A stretch of 64,000 nt of DNA from Deltaproteobacteria bacterium RIFCSPHIGHO2_01_FULL_43_49 (GCA_001798075.1 MGRG01000005.1:1148-65147); one strand, 5' to 3'; shown: positions 39,693 through 49,518, numbered from the stretch's first letter. The notes: generated by a model from the letters alone, not told the origin. Program-made: numbers and translations.

Positions 39693-39733
39693 ATAAGTGA
39701 ATATTGATACCGCTTTTTAAAGACCGGAGGATA

Positions 39734-39745
39734 TGATTATTATCA
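39734..39745. promoter_or_regulatory. FNR-like box upstream of hemG
   Basis: TGAT-TATT-ATCA. Confidence 0.7.
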
Positions 39746-40120
39746 GGTCCGTCGGGACCATTGAGAAATTTTTAGGGCGAGAAAACCCCCTCCTCCGATG
39801 AGGAGAACAACTGGCAAAACCCAAACCAGCAAGTTAAAACCTTGGGGTTTGGGTGAAAGCAAAATCCATTCACCATAGCGATCCTCAAAATATTTTAGAA
39901 TTTGCTCTTCGCTCTCACCTTTCCCAAGTTTTTCGCGAATCACCTTCATCATATCTTGGGCCAGTTCCGCCGGCGACTCTGAGATTGGAATTCCCCGACA
40001 AACCGGACAGCGGAGTTGGTCGGCAATTTGGCGTGCCTCCTGGTTTAGGCTTAAATTTGAGGAAACACCCCAGGCAAGCGTGGAAACAAGGAAAAACAAG
40101 AGAGACCTGATTAAAATCAT
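39743..40120 (-). CDS. ccmH: Cytochrome c biogenesis protein CcmH
   Basis: LRCPVCRG.PI.ES, YF.DRYGEWIL..P. Confidence 0.92.
   Translation of the reverse strand: MILIRSLLFFLVSTLAWGVSSNLSLNQEARQIADQLRCPVCRGIPISESPAELAQDMMKVIREKLGKGESEEQILKYFEDRYGEWILLSPKPQGFNLLVWVLPVVLLIGGGGFLALKISQWSRRT
40108..40119. promoter_or_regulatory. FNR-like box upstream of the 834-aa cytochrome (overlaps the ccmH start)
   Basis: TGAT-TAAA-ATCA. Confidence 0.7.
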
Positions 40121-40164
40121 GAGAAAAGTAAGTTTATTTGCTATAGTACAGCTAAGAGAGATCT

Positions 40165-42669
40165 ATGTCTAATTTAGGCCCAGGCCGCAAGGTTTTTTTT
40201 GTGTTGGTTGGGCTTTTTTGTTTCCTCATTTTTTCCTTTGGTTGTGGCGAGAGAAAACCAAGTACCAAGTCTCAGACTCAGCAAGGAGCTGGGGGAGAAG
40301 GAACTCCTGGTGAGGGTCTTGCCCCTCCCGCTATTTTTCCTCATTCCGAAAACTGGGCAAGTCCTATCGATCACGGTGTGTGGACGGCACAAAATGGTTC
40401 TGAAGTTTGCTTGAACTGTCATAAAATAGAATCGGCTCAGGTAGAAACGCCCCCGACTTGTCACTCTTGCCACAAACTTTTTCCCCACCCAGATACTTGG
40501 GTCAAAAAAGAAAATCATGGGTCTTTTGTTTTGACCAATGGAAAAGGAAGCTGTGCGACCCAGTGCCATGGCACCGATCTCAATGGCGGCCTTTCAAAAC
40601 TTGCTTGTGATTCGTGCCACGAAATCTATCCTCACAAACAAACCTGGATAGTTCCTGCGGAACATGGAGCGGCTGCTGAGGGAAATGGAAAACTTAACTG
40701 CAAAGGATGTCATGGTGATGATTTTCGCGGTGGTCTCAGTGGAAAAAGTTGCTACGAGTGTCACGAGTTATTTCCCCACGAGAAGGGCTGGTATGATCCA
40801 CAGAGGGTACAACAAAAACATCGCGATTTTGTGATGGCAAACGGAACAACCAGTTGTGCCACCCAATGCCACGGAACCGATTTGGGCGGGGGACTTTCGG
40901 GAAGGTCCTGTAATGAATGTCACCAATGGCTCCCCTGGTTCCCTCATCCTGAAGGTTGGAAGGATTATGAAGGCCACGGAACCTATGTTTTGCAAACCTT
41001 GGGTAATGACAAAACCAGTTGTAAGTTATGTCATGGAAACGATTTTCTAGGTGGGTTTTCGGGAGTTTCCTGTTCCAATTCCAGTTGTCATTCTAATTAT
41101 CCCCATGACCCTGCCACTTGGGGCCAGGCGGCAAACCATGGTCCTCCGGCTTACGGAGCAGGCAAAACCAGTTGCGCAACGGCCAATTGTCATGGGACAG
41201 TCTTTCAAGGGAGCCAATATCAAGTTAGTCCAGGCAATCCTCTAGCACCCTCTTGCTTTAATTCTGGTTGCCACGCCGATTTTCCCCACATCGATCCAAA
41301 GTGGATGACCCCTGACAAAACAAACAATGCAGTAACGAGGGATGAAAGTTTTCATGGGGATCGATTCATCAGACAAGTGCAAAGGGGAGTTGTCACCTGT
41401 ACCGGCTGCCATGGGATTAACTACGACCGCGTCGTTGGGGGATACCAGTGCACGGCTTGCCATGCAGATGGTATCACCCACAAGATCATAGGAACAGCAA
41501 CTTGGTCTAGCGGATTAGGGCATGGAAAGTTTTTTTCAAATCGTGGTTTCCTCGCAATAGATACTTCTGTCCGTTGCTGGGACTGTCATGGAAGCCCTGT
41601 TATTTTTGACAAAACACAAACAAGGCCATTTTTAGAAAACCAATCCGATTGTTATCGCTGTCACTTTGCCTATCCTCATAAAGGCTATCAGGATCAGGAT
41701 TTACTTACATGGGAGCCTGTCAATATCAATGTTTGTGGTACCAGAAATTCCGCAAATGCGCCGGCCCACTATTTTTACCTATTCGAAAATCCTTTAAGCG
41801 TGGATGTTAGTAATACCTGCGGCGGCGGGACAAATGGGTCCTGTCATTCCAATGGTTATCGAGCCTATCGTATCGAAGGTTTCTCCGGTTTTGCTCCTTG
41901 TAATTATTGTCATGGACAAAGCAACCCGCCTCCTCCACTGCCAGATTGTGCCGGACCCCCTCCATCGAACCTCCAAAATCCAGGTGCCCCGACAATTACA
42001 AGTATCTATCCGGCGCGTGATGAAACAAGTGTCTTAGTTGGATCGGCTATAAGAATACAATTTAGCGAGGCAATGGAGACGGCAAGCATTACTCAAACAG
42101 GGACATTCGTTCTCAGGCAAGTTGGGCGACCCGATTCCATCATGGCAAATATAGTTTGCAGTAACGATTGGTGCCGACAAGCAAGTTTAGTCCCTGCAGC
42201 ACAACTGCTTCGTGACACTTTATATGAAGCCACGGTGACAACTGCCACCAAAGACTGGGGAGGGACCGCTATGGCAGCTGATTATAGTTGGACTTTCAGG
42301 ACAGAGTTGCCAGATACGACTCCCCCTCTCATTGTTTCCACTATCCCAGCAAGCGGAGCAGTGGACGTGCCTCGGGGAAGATATATTTACGTCACTTTCA
42401 ATGAACTCGTAAATCAATTCTTCATCAGGGACTCCATCAAGGTAAAGAATTTAACAACTGGAGGGGCCATTGCAGGGGCAACAGGTTGTTCAAGTGCAGT
42501 AGTCAGTAATGGTTGCACAACAGTACGTTTTCAACGAAACACCACGGCAAGTTACGATACGGAGTATGAAGTGAGGGTTTTGACAATTGTGAGAGATTTG
42601 TCAGGCAACCCCCTCCAATCAGAGCATCGCTGGACTTTCAGAACAGCAGAAGCACCACCCGGACCTTAA
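40165..42669 (+). CDS. Multiheme lipoprotein cytochrome (12 CxxCH + 6 non-canonical) with two C-terminal Big_5/SbsA-type Ig-like domains
   Basis: Lipobox FSFGC; repeated [FY]PH..W...HG..CxxCHG.D..GG.S..SCxxCH; PTITSIYPA...I.IQFSEAM and DTTPP.IVST.PA..A.DV...VTFNE. Confidence 0.85.
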   Translation: MSNLGPGRKVFFVLVGLFCFLIFSFGCGERKPSTKSQTQQGAGGEGTPGEGLAPPAIFPHSENWASPIDHGVWTAQNGSEVCLNCHKIESAQVETPPTCHSCHKLFPHPDTWVKKENHGSFVLTNGKGSCATQCHGTDLNGGLSKLACDSCHEIYPHKQTWIVPAEHGAAAEGNGKLNCKGCHGDDFRGGLSGKSCYECHELFPHEKGWYDPQRVQQKHRDFVMANGTTSCATQCHGTDLGGGLSGRSCNECHQWLPWFPHPEGWKDYEGHGTYVLQTLGNDKTSCKLCHGNDFLGGFSGVSCSNSSCHSNYPHDPATWGQAANHGPPAYGAGKTSCATANCHGTVFQGSQYQVSPGNPLAPSCFNSGCHADFPHIDPKWMTPDKTNNAVTRDESFHGDRFIRQVQRGVVTCTGCHGINYDRVVGGYQCTACHADGITHKIIGTATWSSGLGHGKFFSNRGFLAIDTSVRCWDCHGSPVIFDKTQTRPFLENQSDCYRCHFAYPHKGYQDQDLLTWEPVNINVCGTRNSANAPAHYFYLFENPLSVDVSNTCGGGTNGSCHSNGYRAYRIEGFSGFAPCNYCHGQSNPPPPLPDCAGPPPSNLQNPGAPTITSIYPARDETSVLVGSAIRIQFSEAMETASITQTGTFVLRQVGRPDSIMANIVCSNDWCRQASLVPAAQLLRDTLYEATVTTATKDWGGTAMAADYSWTFRTELPDTTPPLIVSTIPASGAVDVPRGRYIYVTFNELVNQFFIRDSIKVKNLTTGGAIAGATGCSSAVVSNGCTTVRFQRNTTASYDTEYEVRVLTIVRDLSGNPLQSEHRWTFRTAEAPPGP

Positions 42670-42670
42670 C

Positions 42671-42682
42671 TGATCCAAATCA
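42671..42682. promoter_or_regulatory. FNR-like box
   Basis: TGAT-CCAA-ATCA upstream of 42737. Confidence 0.72.
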
Positions 42683-42736
42683 TGTCCTCATAACTTCCCA
42701 TTTCTGCTATTTTAACCCTCAGATTTTGGAGAGAGA

Positions 42737-44332
42737 ATGGGGGAAAAAAGGCCTTGGGGTTTTTTAAAGATTGCTCCTTTTGGATGCCTTTGTCTGACCC
42801 TGGCCTGCGGCGAAATAAAACCAATCACAGACGCAGCAGCACAACTAGAAGAAGAAAGTAATGCTACCCCCAAAGTAGAAAGCCTCTTACCCCCATCTGA
42901 AACGATATTTCCCCATTCAAAAAGCTGGTCGGATCCCGTGGTACATGGGGCATGGACCATACAAAACGACTCCGATGTTTGTTTTCAATGCCACCAAAAA
43001 GATTTAGGGGGGATGGGAGGAGCCCCCGCCTGTCATTCCTGTCATCCACTTTTCCCCCATCCTGATGGGTGGGTTAAAAAAGAAAATCATGGTTCTTGGG
43101 TGTCTGCCAACGGAAAGGAAAATTGCGCTACTCAGTGTCACGGCACCGACTTCAAAGGGGGGCTTTCAAAAGTCTCGTGTGAATCCTGTCATGCGATCTA
43201 TCCCCACATGGTGACCTGGACCAATCCTGTAGAGCATGGGGCGGTTGCGAAAGGAGACGGCAAAGCGATTTGTATGAATTGCCACGGTAACACAAGCTGT
43301 TATGCGTGCCACGAAAAATACCCCCACGAAACGGGGTGGGCCGACCCTTTAAAACATGGGAAGGATGTCACTCAAAATGGCACAAACGGTTGTGCCACCC
43401 AGTGTCACGGAACCAATCTGAAGGGAGGACTGTCAGAGGTCTCCTGCGATAATTGTCATGCGAGTTATCCTCATCTTGATAACTGGAGGGATCCCACTCA
43501 ACACGGAACGGCGGCCTTAGGAAATGGTAAAACCAGTTGCGGGACAGCCAATTGTCACGGGAGCGACTTTAAGGGAAGCCTAAAAGCCCCATCCTGTTTT
43601 TCTTGTCACGCCGATTTTCCTCATACTAGTTCTCGTTGGATGACACTGAAGCCGACGACGAGTAAAACTTCTGATCGCGATGAAGGTTTCCACGGAGACC
43701 GATTCATACGGATGCAAATGTCGGGAAAGACGGGTGCTTGCGCCGAATGTCACGGTGCAAACTATGACCGTTTGATCGGTACCGGCCAATGTACGAATTG
43801 TCATCCCAATGGTGTTACCCATCGAAATACAACCCAAACAACCTGGTCTTCTTTTACGCACGGGCAGTATTACACAAGTTTCTTCAATTCCATTTCAACG
43901 AATGCCAACTGCAAGGATTGTCACGGAGGCTTTGTCGATTTCACAGACACCCAGACAAAACTCTCTTTGGAAAGTCAGTCGGGCTGCTACCGCTGCCACT
44001 GGGCTTATCCTCATAGGGCCTATGAAACTCCGATCTGGCATGAGATTTGGGAGCCCGTCGTCGCGAATAACTGTGGTGGAATGGCAAATTCCGGACACCT
44101 CCTCTATCTGACGGGGAGTTCACTCTTCACGGATGAACAAGGAAGGCGACCGACCAGCACGAACGATCCGATCAGCATCGGCGCCATCAAACATACCTGC
44201 GGCGGGTCGGCCGGTTCCTGCCATTTCAATGGTCTTCGCTCCTATAACACGCAAGCAACCTCGGCATTGTGCGGGCAATACTGTCATAGTTCAACAATGC
44301 CTTCCATCCCATCGCGGCCCCCTTGCCCTTAA
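42737..44332 (+). CDS. Multiheme lipoprotein cytochrome (11 CxxCH + 5 non-canonical), paralog of 40165..42669 without Ig domains
   Basis: Lipobox LTLAC; shared FPHPD.WVKKENHGS, CATQCHGTD, FHGDRFIR, QS.CYRCH.AYPH. Confidence 0.88.
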   Translation: MGEKRPWGFLKIAPFGCLCLTLACGEIKPITDAAAQLEEESNATPKVESLLPPSETIFPHSKSWSDPVVHGAWTIQNDSDVCFQCHQKDLGGMGGAPACHSCHPLFPHPDGWVKKENHGSWVSANGKENCATQCHGTDFKGGLSKVSCESCHAIYPHMVTWTNPVEHGAVAKGDGKAICMNCHGNTSCYACHEKYPHETGWADPLKHGKDVTQNGTNGCATQCHGTNLKGGLSEVSCDNCHASYPHLDNWRDPTQHGTAALGNGKTSCGTANCHGSDFKGSLKAPSCFSCHADFPHTSSRWMTLKPTTSKTSDRDEGFHGDRFIRMQMSGKTGACAECHGANYDRLIGTGQCTNCHPNGVTHRNTTQTTWSSFTHGQYYTSFFNSISTNANCKDCHGGFVDFTDTQTKLSLESQSGCYRCHWAYPHRAYETPIWHEIWEPVVANNCGGMANSGHLLYLTGSSLFTDEQGRRPTSTNDPISIGAIKHTCGGSAGSCHFNGLRSYNTQATSALCGQYCHSSTMPSIPSRPPCP

Positions 44333-44383
44333 CACTTTATGTTTAGTTGTCAGGTCACAGATTTTTATGGTATTTCTCACAAG

Positions 44384-45622
44384 GTGAAAATATTGACTTT
44401 GATCCTTCCCTTTCTCCTTGCTTCCTCAATAGTGAATGCGGGGGAGTTTCATTTAAACGCAACTAGTCTTGGCCAAGTTCGCAAAAATGCGAGACTCCAA
44501 AAAGAAATCCCTGTCAACGGATACCTGGGCATGGCCTTTGCCCAGCCAACATGGGAGCTTTCGGGCGAAACAAATATGCGTGTCATTCGAGATTTCAAAA
44601 GAAAACTAGACGACTACGATCTCTACCAGGCGGTGATTCATTACAAGCCCACAGAGAAACTTCGGATCGATTCAGGTCGCCAGATTGTCAACCAGGGGTT
44701 TTCCCTTGAGATGCTCGACGGTGTCCAAACGACTATTATGCCCTGGGATCATGTCGATTTTACCGTTTATTCAGGAATTCCCCGAAGTGTTGAAAGAGAG
44801 GATTTTAACAAAAATGATGGTTTGCTGACCGGTATCTCTATTGGGATGAAAAATGTTGCCAGGACAAATTTTTCACTACACGCTGCGTGGCGCAAAAACG
44901 ACATTTATTTCATCGATCCAAAACAAAACGATGAGGCCCGTGTCGGCGCCAATTTTTCACATCAGTTTGCTGTCTCCACAACACCAATGTTGTATGGAAC
45001 CTTTGAATACGACGCGATGGGCAAGGTGATTGATACGGGTGTGGCGGGTTTTGATATTTATCCCTCCAAGCGAATTGCACTCAACATGGAGTTCAACTAT
45101 TTCAACATCAGTCGGGAAACAGATCGATTGACCATTCAAAGACTCTTCACTCAGGGAAGACAAATTGGTGGCCGCTTTTCCTCCACATGGACACTCGTTC
45201 CAAACTATTTGGATCTTGTGGAAAGCTATACTTATCAAAATGTAGAGGTAGTCAAAGGGGATCGCCGCCATGGACACATCGTCGATGCGGCCCTGCAACT
45301 CTCCCTGGATAACATTGGACTCCATATAGAACCAGGCTATTATTTTTCAAAAAGTTTTGGCGGTCGCTTACACGGGGGAAGAATTTCCATTCATGAACAA
45401 TTCACCGATAAGTTTTATACCGAAGTGGGATTTGATTTCACAAAATACAAAAAAATTACCAATGACAATGACAATGCCTATTCAGGCGTAGGTTGGGCCG
45501 GCTATGAAGTAGCCAAAGGCTTGACGATATCTGGAGGTTTTGAATACAACAAAAATAATTCATTTAACAAAGATGCTCGTGGCTCTTTTAGGCTAGATTA
45601 TCAATTTGACCATGGAAGCTAA
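44384..45622 (+). CDS. Putative outer-membrane beta-barrel porin of a porin-cytochrome complex
   Basis: Signal peptide from GTG 44384; LYQA, GRQ, DG motifs; alternating aromatic strands; ends FRLDYQF(DHGS); flanked by cytochromes. Confidence 0.72.
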   Translation: MKILTLILPFLLASSIVNAGEFHLNATSLGQVRKNARLQKEIPVNGYLGMAFAQPTWELSGETNMRVIRDFKRKLDDYDLYQAVIHYKPTEKLRIDSGRQIVNQGFSLEMLDGVQTTIMPWDHVDFTVYSGIPRSVEREDFNKNDGLLTGISIGMKNVARTNFSLHAAWRKNDIYFIDPKQNDEARVGANFSHQFAVSTTPMLYGTFEYDAMGKVIDTGVAGFDIYPSKRIALNMEFNYFNISRETDRLTIQRLFTQGRQIGGRFSSTWTLVPNYLDLVESYTYQNVEVVKGDRRHGHIVDAALQLSLDNIGLHIEPGYYFSKSFGGRLHGGRISIHEQFTDKFYTEVGFDFTKYKKITNDNDNAYSGVGWAGYEVAKGLTISGGFEYNKNNSFNKDARGSFRLDYQFDHGS

Positions 45623-46172
45623 AAAAATTTTCATAGGGGTGGTGAGCCTTCTTCTGGTGGCAAGCTCCGTTGCGGCAAAGGAAAAAGTAAAACATCCCTT
45701 TGACCTTTTTGATCATGAGATGCACACGGGGCTTTTTGAGACGGTTGAATTTCAATGTGAGAATTGTCACAAGGATCAGGAAGATTTTGCAAACAGGGAA
45801 AAGATGAATCGCCTGGGGTGTCACACCTGCCACAACAATCCCAATCCGCCACTGCCCGGAACTCAGGAGTGCACCGTTTGCCATATCGGCGGCAAATTTC
45901 CAAAACCCCAAAGTCATAAGGCGGGCTGGATTGCCAAACATGAGTCCTATGCCAAGCTCAATCCACAAGAATGCGCTCAATGTCATAGCAATGCGATGTT
46001 TTGCGTCGATTGCCATAAAAGAAGGGATACCATTCAACAGAAGGGGCATCGCCGTAACTTTAGATTTTTCCACTCGATCGAAGCGAGGGCCAATCCCAGA
46101 AAGTGTGATGCCTGTCATACCGTAAACTATTGTCAGCAGTGTCATGCCGGAGGAGGCAACTCAAAGAGATGA
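45612..46172 (+). CDS. Heptaheme periplasmic cytochrome c
   Basis: Signal peptide; FDH..H and 7 CxxCH; P.SH..GW...H. Confidence 0.88.
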   Translation: MEAKKIFIGVVSLLLVASSVAAKEKVKHPFDLFDHEMHTGLFETVEFQCENCHKDQEDFANREKMNRLGCHTCHNNPNPPLPGTQECTVCHIGGKFPKPQSHKAGWIAKHESYAKLNPQECAQCHSNAMFCVDCHKRRDTIQQKGHRRNFRFFHSIEARANPRKCDACHTVNYCQQCHAGGGNSKR

Positions 46173-46477
46173 AATCGTATTTGGCTTTACCCATTTTGCT
46201 TATTTCTGTAGGCTTTCTAACTTCCTGTGGTGGCGCCGCTCTGAATGAAGGGGAAAACTACGGAAACATCCTGAATACCTCCCAAGGTTTGACACTGACT
46301 CAAGCGGAACACCAAATCGGCTGGGGACAATCAGAGTGTACGATATGCCACAATTTAGAAAATATTCATCTGGTGGACCGAACGGGCATCACCGACATCA
46401 AGGCAGTTCATAACCAAGCATTGAGCGAAGGAATTTCTGGGTGTGCCGCCTGCCATGGAACAAACGGTGCCCCTTAA
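46169..46477 (+). CDS. Small diheme lipoprotein cytochrome
   Basis: ATGA overlap; lipobox FLTSC; CTICH and CAACHGTNG. Confidence 0.85.
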   Translation: MKSYLALPILLISVGFLTSCGGAALNEGENYGNILNTSQGLTLTQAEHQIGWGQSECTICHNLENIHLVDRTGITDIKAVHNQALSEGISGCAACHGTNGAP

Positions 46478-47172
46478 ATTCCATGGCCATTTGTGTGACG
46501 AACAACATAAATACCTTCTGCAATTTCTTTATCTAGGGCAATTTCTGTTTCTTCAATTTTGAGGACATAAGAAGGGCGTTTTTGCAACAGATGAAGGGTG
46601 GCGCCCGGAATAACACCGAGCCCCGATAACCTTTCCAAGAGCGAGTGGTATTTGGGGGCAATGAAAATGATGCGATAGTTTTCTCCAACCTCTTCTAGGC
46701 TCAAGGGGGTCACCAGAGGTCTCACTTCGTTAACAAAAAGACGACAGCAATCACCGGGAGGAATAGGTCTTCCATGTGGACAGGACGGTGGGTGGCCCAA
46801 AAAAGAGCAAATTCCCTCTACTGCCTCAGGGGTGAGAACCTTTTCATGCTCCAAACGACAGGCCTGCGCCCTCACCGCTTCTTCAGAAAGATTGAAAACA
46901 ACCGCGAACAGGCGTTCGGCAAGACGATTTCGACGAATCAAAGAACGAGCCTGATTTTCACCTTTGGTGGCCAGTTTCAAACATCCATTCTTTTGCTGAA
47001 CGAGTCCTTCTTTGACGAGCTCCGAAGTAGCCCTCTCAACTTCCAAAGGGTCTACCTGAGAGAGACAATGATCCGGCTCTTCTTTCCCCACCTCTTGATT
47101 GAGCCAGGCCCTCACCAAGATGTGATCCTTGATTTCATCGAAACCCAGATCTTCTGTTGTTTCCTGTAACAT
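46474..47172 (-). CDS. DtxR/MntR-family metal-dependent regulator with C-terminal FeoA domain
   Basis: R.RLAERL, ACRLEH, FLGHP..CPHG.PIP, RL..LG..PG. Confidence 0.85.
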   Translation of the reverse strand: MLQETTEDLGFDEIKDHILVRAWLNQEVGKEEPDHCLSQVDPLEVERATSELVKEGLVQQKNGCLKLATKGENQARSLIRRNRLAERLFAVVFNLSEEAVRAQACRLEHEKVLTPEAVEGICSFLGHPPSCPHGRPIPPGDCCRLFVNEVRPLVTPLSLEEVGENYRIIFIAPKYHSLLERLSGLGVIPGATLHLLQKRPSYVLKIEETEIALDKEIAEGIYVVRHTNGHGI

Positions 47173-47174
47173 AA

Positions 47175-47399
47175 CTATTTCACCTTCTTAAAAACTTTTT
47201 GAAACCAATTGACAATCCTAGATTCGGCAACAAATTCATAACTGCAATTGGGGCATTTGAGCATGGAACATCCGCTGACCATCGCACAGCCACCACAGGC
47301 AGCCTCCCCTGCGTTGAACTGGAACCCACACAAAGGGCAGTCTTGCACCTTGGCTTTTGTCTGCTGAACTCCAACACTCGGCAATTGAAGTGCATCCAT
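47175..47399 (-). CDS. Small Cys-rich FeoB-associated protein
   Basis: CPLCG.QF...CGGC.M..GC.MLKCPNCSYEF; start probably at MDAL next to the feoB stop. Confidence 0.7.
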   Translation of the reverse strand: MDALQLPSVGVQQTKAKVQDCPLCGFQFNAGEAACGGCAMVSGCSMLKCPNCSYEFVAESRIVNWFQKVFKKVK

Positions 47400-49402
47400 T
47401 ATAATCCTTTCAAAACCCAATTCAAAACACCCCCGACTAAAAAAGCAAAAGGGAAAACGAAAAAAACCATCCGCGCTGCTACCTTGCCACCATGCTCTTT
47501 AACCATCATAAAGACATTGGCAACACAAGGGACAAACAATGTAATGACGACAAGTGCCACCAGGGCCTGAACAACAGAGAGCTGGCCGTGGCTATACATA
47601 TCAAAAAAACCGGTTGCCCCGTAATCACGTCTCAAAAAACCGATCAAAAAAGCATTCGCTGCCTGAGCCGGCAATCCCAAAATGGAAACGACAAGAGGGG
47701 CCGCCAGCTTTTGAATCCGAGTCAAAAGATGGACTGCATCAAGAAGAAACAAAATGAAGGTCCCAAGCAAGAAAAGAGGTATGGCTTCCTTCACGTACCA
47801 TTCCAAATGAGAAAGGGTTTTCTTGGCGACATTGGAAAATTTAGGAACACGCAACGGGGGAATTTCCATTACAAAGGCATTTCCCTCCCCCGCAATGATC
47901 TTGTTCGACGCGAATCCCACAAAAAACATCACGCCCAGCATGACGAAGAGCCAGACCCAAAAGGCCCACATGGGCATTGTCCCAAACATCCCCAATAAAA
48001 CTCCCAATTGAGCAGAACAGGGGACAGCAAGTGCCAGCAGGAGAGTCACAATGAGACGCTGTTTTTTCGTCTCAAGAATCCTTGTCGTCAATGTTGCCAT
48101 CGTATCGCACCCAAGCCCTAAAACCATTGGCAAAACTGCCTTGCCATTGAGCCCCATCCCTTTGAAGAGACGATTGACCATTACTGCAAGTCTTGGAAGA
48201 TAACCGGAATCTTCCATCAAACTAAAGGCAATGAAAAATGTGGTGACAATGGGAAGGACAATCGCAAAACCGTAAGAAAGCCCCATCACCACCAACCCAT
48301 AGGGCCCGACAAAACAATCATGGAGTATTTTGAAAATCGGGTTGGCCTCGCCACTCAAAACATAACTGCCGACTAGAAATCCCTCCTCCACATTGTGGGC
48401 ATGAGAAAATGGCAATAGTTTGTCGAAAAACCAGATAAAAGCCGGTGAAATATATTTTGCAAAGATGCCATTTTCAATAAAGTCGACCGCAGTACCCGCA
48501 CCGAATTTTCCAACAAAGAGATAAACCAACTCCAAAATGCCGGCCAAGACGATCATGCCTGCAATGGGATGCATTGTCCAAGCAGATAGCCATGCCCCCA
48601 CAGCGCGTCCTCTTTTTTGCGTGGTCATCACCTTTTCCAATAGGGATTGGGTCAACGTACTTCTTTCTCGATTCATCAGAAAACTGACCGGCTCCGCAAA
48701 ATAGGCGGCCACTTGCCGGCACTGTTCTTCAATAATGTTTTGAACATTGTTTGACAGTTGAGATTTAAAGCGAGTGCTAATGTGTCTATCCCCGGCAAGC
48801 AGCATACTGGCCACCGACAGACGGCCGTGTATTTCTCCAGGCAGTGCACCCGTAATCGTTTTCAACGCCTTTGCAAAAATGGTCGAATATCCCCATTTAA
48901 ATGTGCAGGGCCTTGCATCTTTTATTCGTTCTTTTAATAGCGGGAGTCCAATTTTTCGGATCGCAACGGTTGTGACGACGGGAATACCCAAAACGGATTC
49001 CAGTTTTTTAGCGTCAATTTTAATGCCGGCACGGGCTGCCTCATCACACATATTGATGACCAAAACCATCGGAACACCCATTTCTTGGAGCTGCAAAGTA
49101 AGCGGTAATGCCCGCATCAGATTTTTAGCATCGGCAATCTGGATGACCAGACCCTCATTTTGAATCAGCAGATCACGAGTTACACACTCATCTTCAGACA
49201 TTGGGATTAAAGAATTGATGCCGGGTGTATCAACAACCTGATATTTTTTATCATCGATGAGCGCTTCTCCCTGAGACAAAGCGACAGTTGTACCCGGGTA
49301 ATTGGAGACTGTGGCGTAGGTCCCTGTGAGGTAGCCGAAGATGACACTTTTGCCCACATTGGGATTCCCCACCAAAAAGATCTTTGTTGAACTATTTACC
49401 AT
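47399..49402 (-). CDS. feoB: Ferrous iron transporter B
   Basis: GNPNVGKS, NYPGTTV, DTPG, EDSGYLPR, GLGC, PCSAQ, PCVA. Confidence 0.95.
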   Translation of the reverse strand: MVNSSTKIFLVGNPNVGKSVIFGYLTGTYATVSNYPGTTVALSQGEALIDDKKYQVVDTPGINSLIPMSEDECVTRDLLIQNEGLVIQIADAKNLMRALPLTLQLQEMGVPMVLVINMCDEAARAGIKIDAKKLESVLGIPVVTTVAIRKIGLPLLKERIKDARPCTFKWGYSTIFAKALKTITGALPGEIHGRLSVASMLLAGDRHISTRFKSQLSNNVQNIIEEQCRQVAAYFAEPVSFLMNRERSTLTQSLLEKVMTTQKRGRAVGAWLSAWTMHPIAGMIVLAGILELVYLFVGKFGAGTAVDFIENGIFAKYISPAFIWFFDKLLPFSHAHNVEEGFLVGSYVLSGEANPIFKILHDCFVGPYGLVVMGLSYGFAIVLPIVTTFFIAFSLMEDSGYLPRLAVMVNRLFKGMGLNGKAVLPMVLGLGCDTMATLTTRILETKKQRLIVTLLLALAVPCSAQLGVLLGMFGTMPMWAFWVWLFVMLGVMFFVGFASNKIIAGEGNAFVMEIPPLRVPKFSNVAKKTLSHLEWYVKEAIPLFLLGTFILFLLDAVHLLTRIQKLAAPLVVSILGLPAQAANAFLIGFLRRDYGATGFFDMYSHGQLSVVQALVALVVITLFVPCVANVFMMVKEHGGKVAARMVFFVFPFAFLVGGVLNWVLKGL

Positions 49403-49403
49403 A

Positions 49404-49452
49404 TAGTACCAGGTACCCCATGGTACCGTGTGGTACCAGGTACCTGGTGGTA
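49404..49452. repeat. GGTACC/GTACCAGGTACC palindromic repeat cluster in the feoB leader
   Basis: TAGTACCAGGTACCCCATGGTACCGTGTGGTACCAGGTACCTGGTGGTA. Confidence 0.6.
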
Positions 49453-49457
49453 GTGGC

Positions 49458-49491
49458 GTTAGGTAATACTAACAAAGGACAGATATGTCAA
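49458..49491 (-). promoter_or_regulatory. sigma70-like promoter for feoB overlapped by a DtxR-like box
   Basis: GTTAG-GTAATA-CTAAC palindrome (49458-49473); minus-strand TTGACA at 49491-49486, 17 nt from TATTAC. Confidence 0.6.
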
Positions 49492-49518
49492 ACAAAAGCT
49501 ACCACGTACCTAAATAAG

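Noticed and set aside
40165-44332. Calling these MtrC, OmcS or OmcZ nanowire proteins
   Set aside because: No family-specific motifs recognised; heme number and repeat architecture differ
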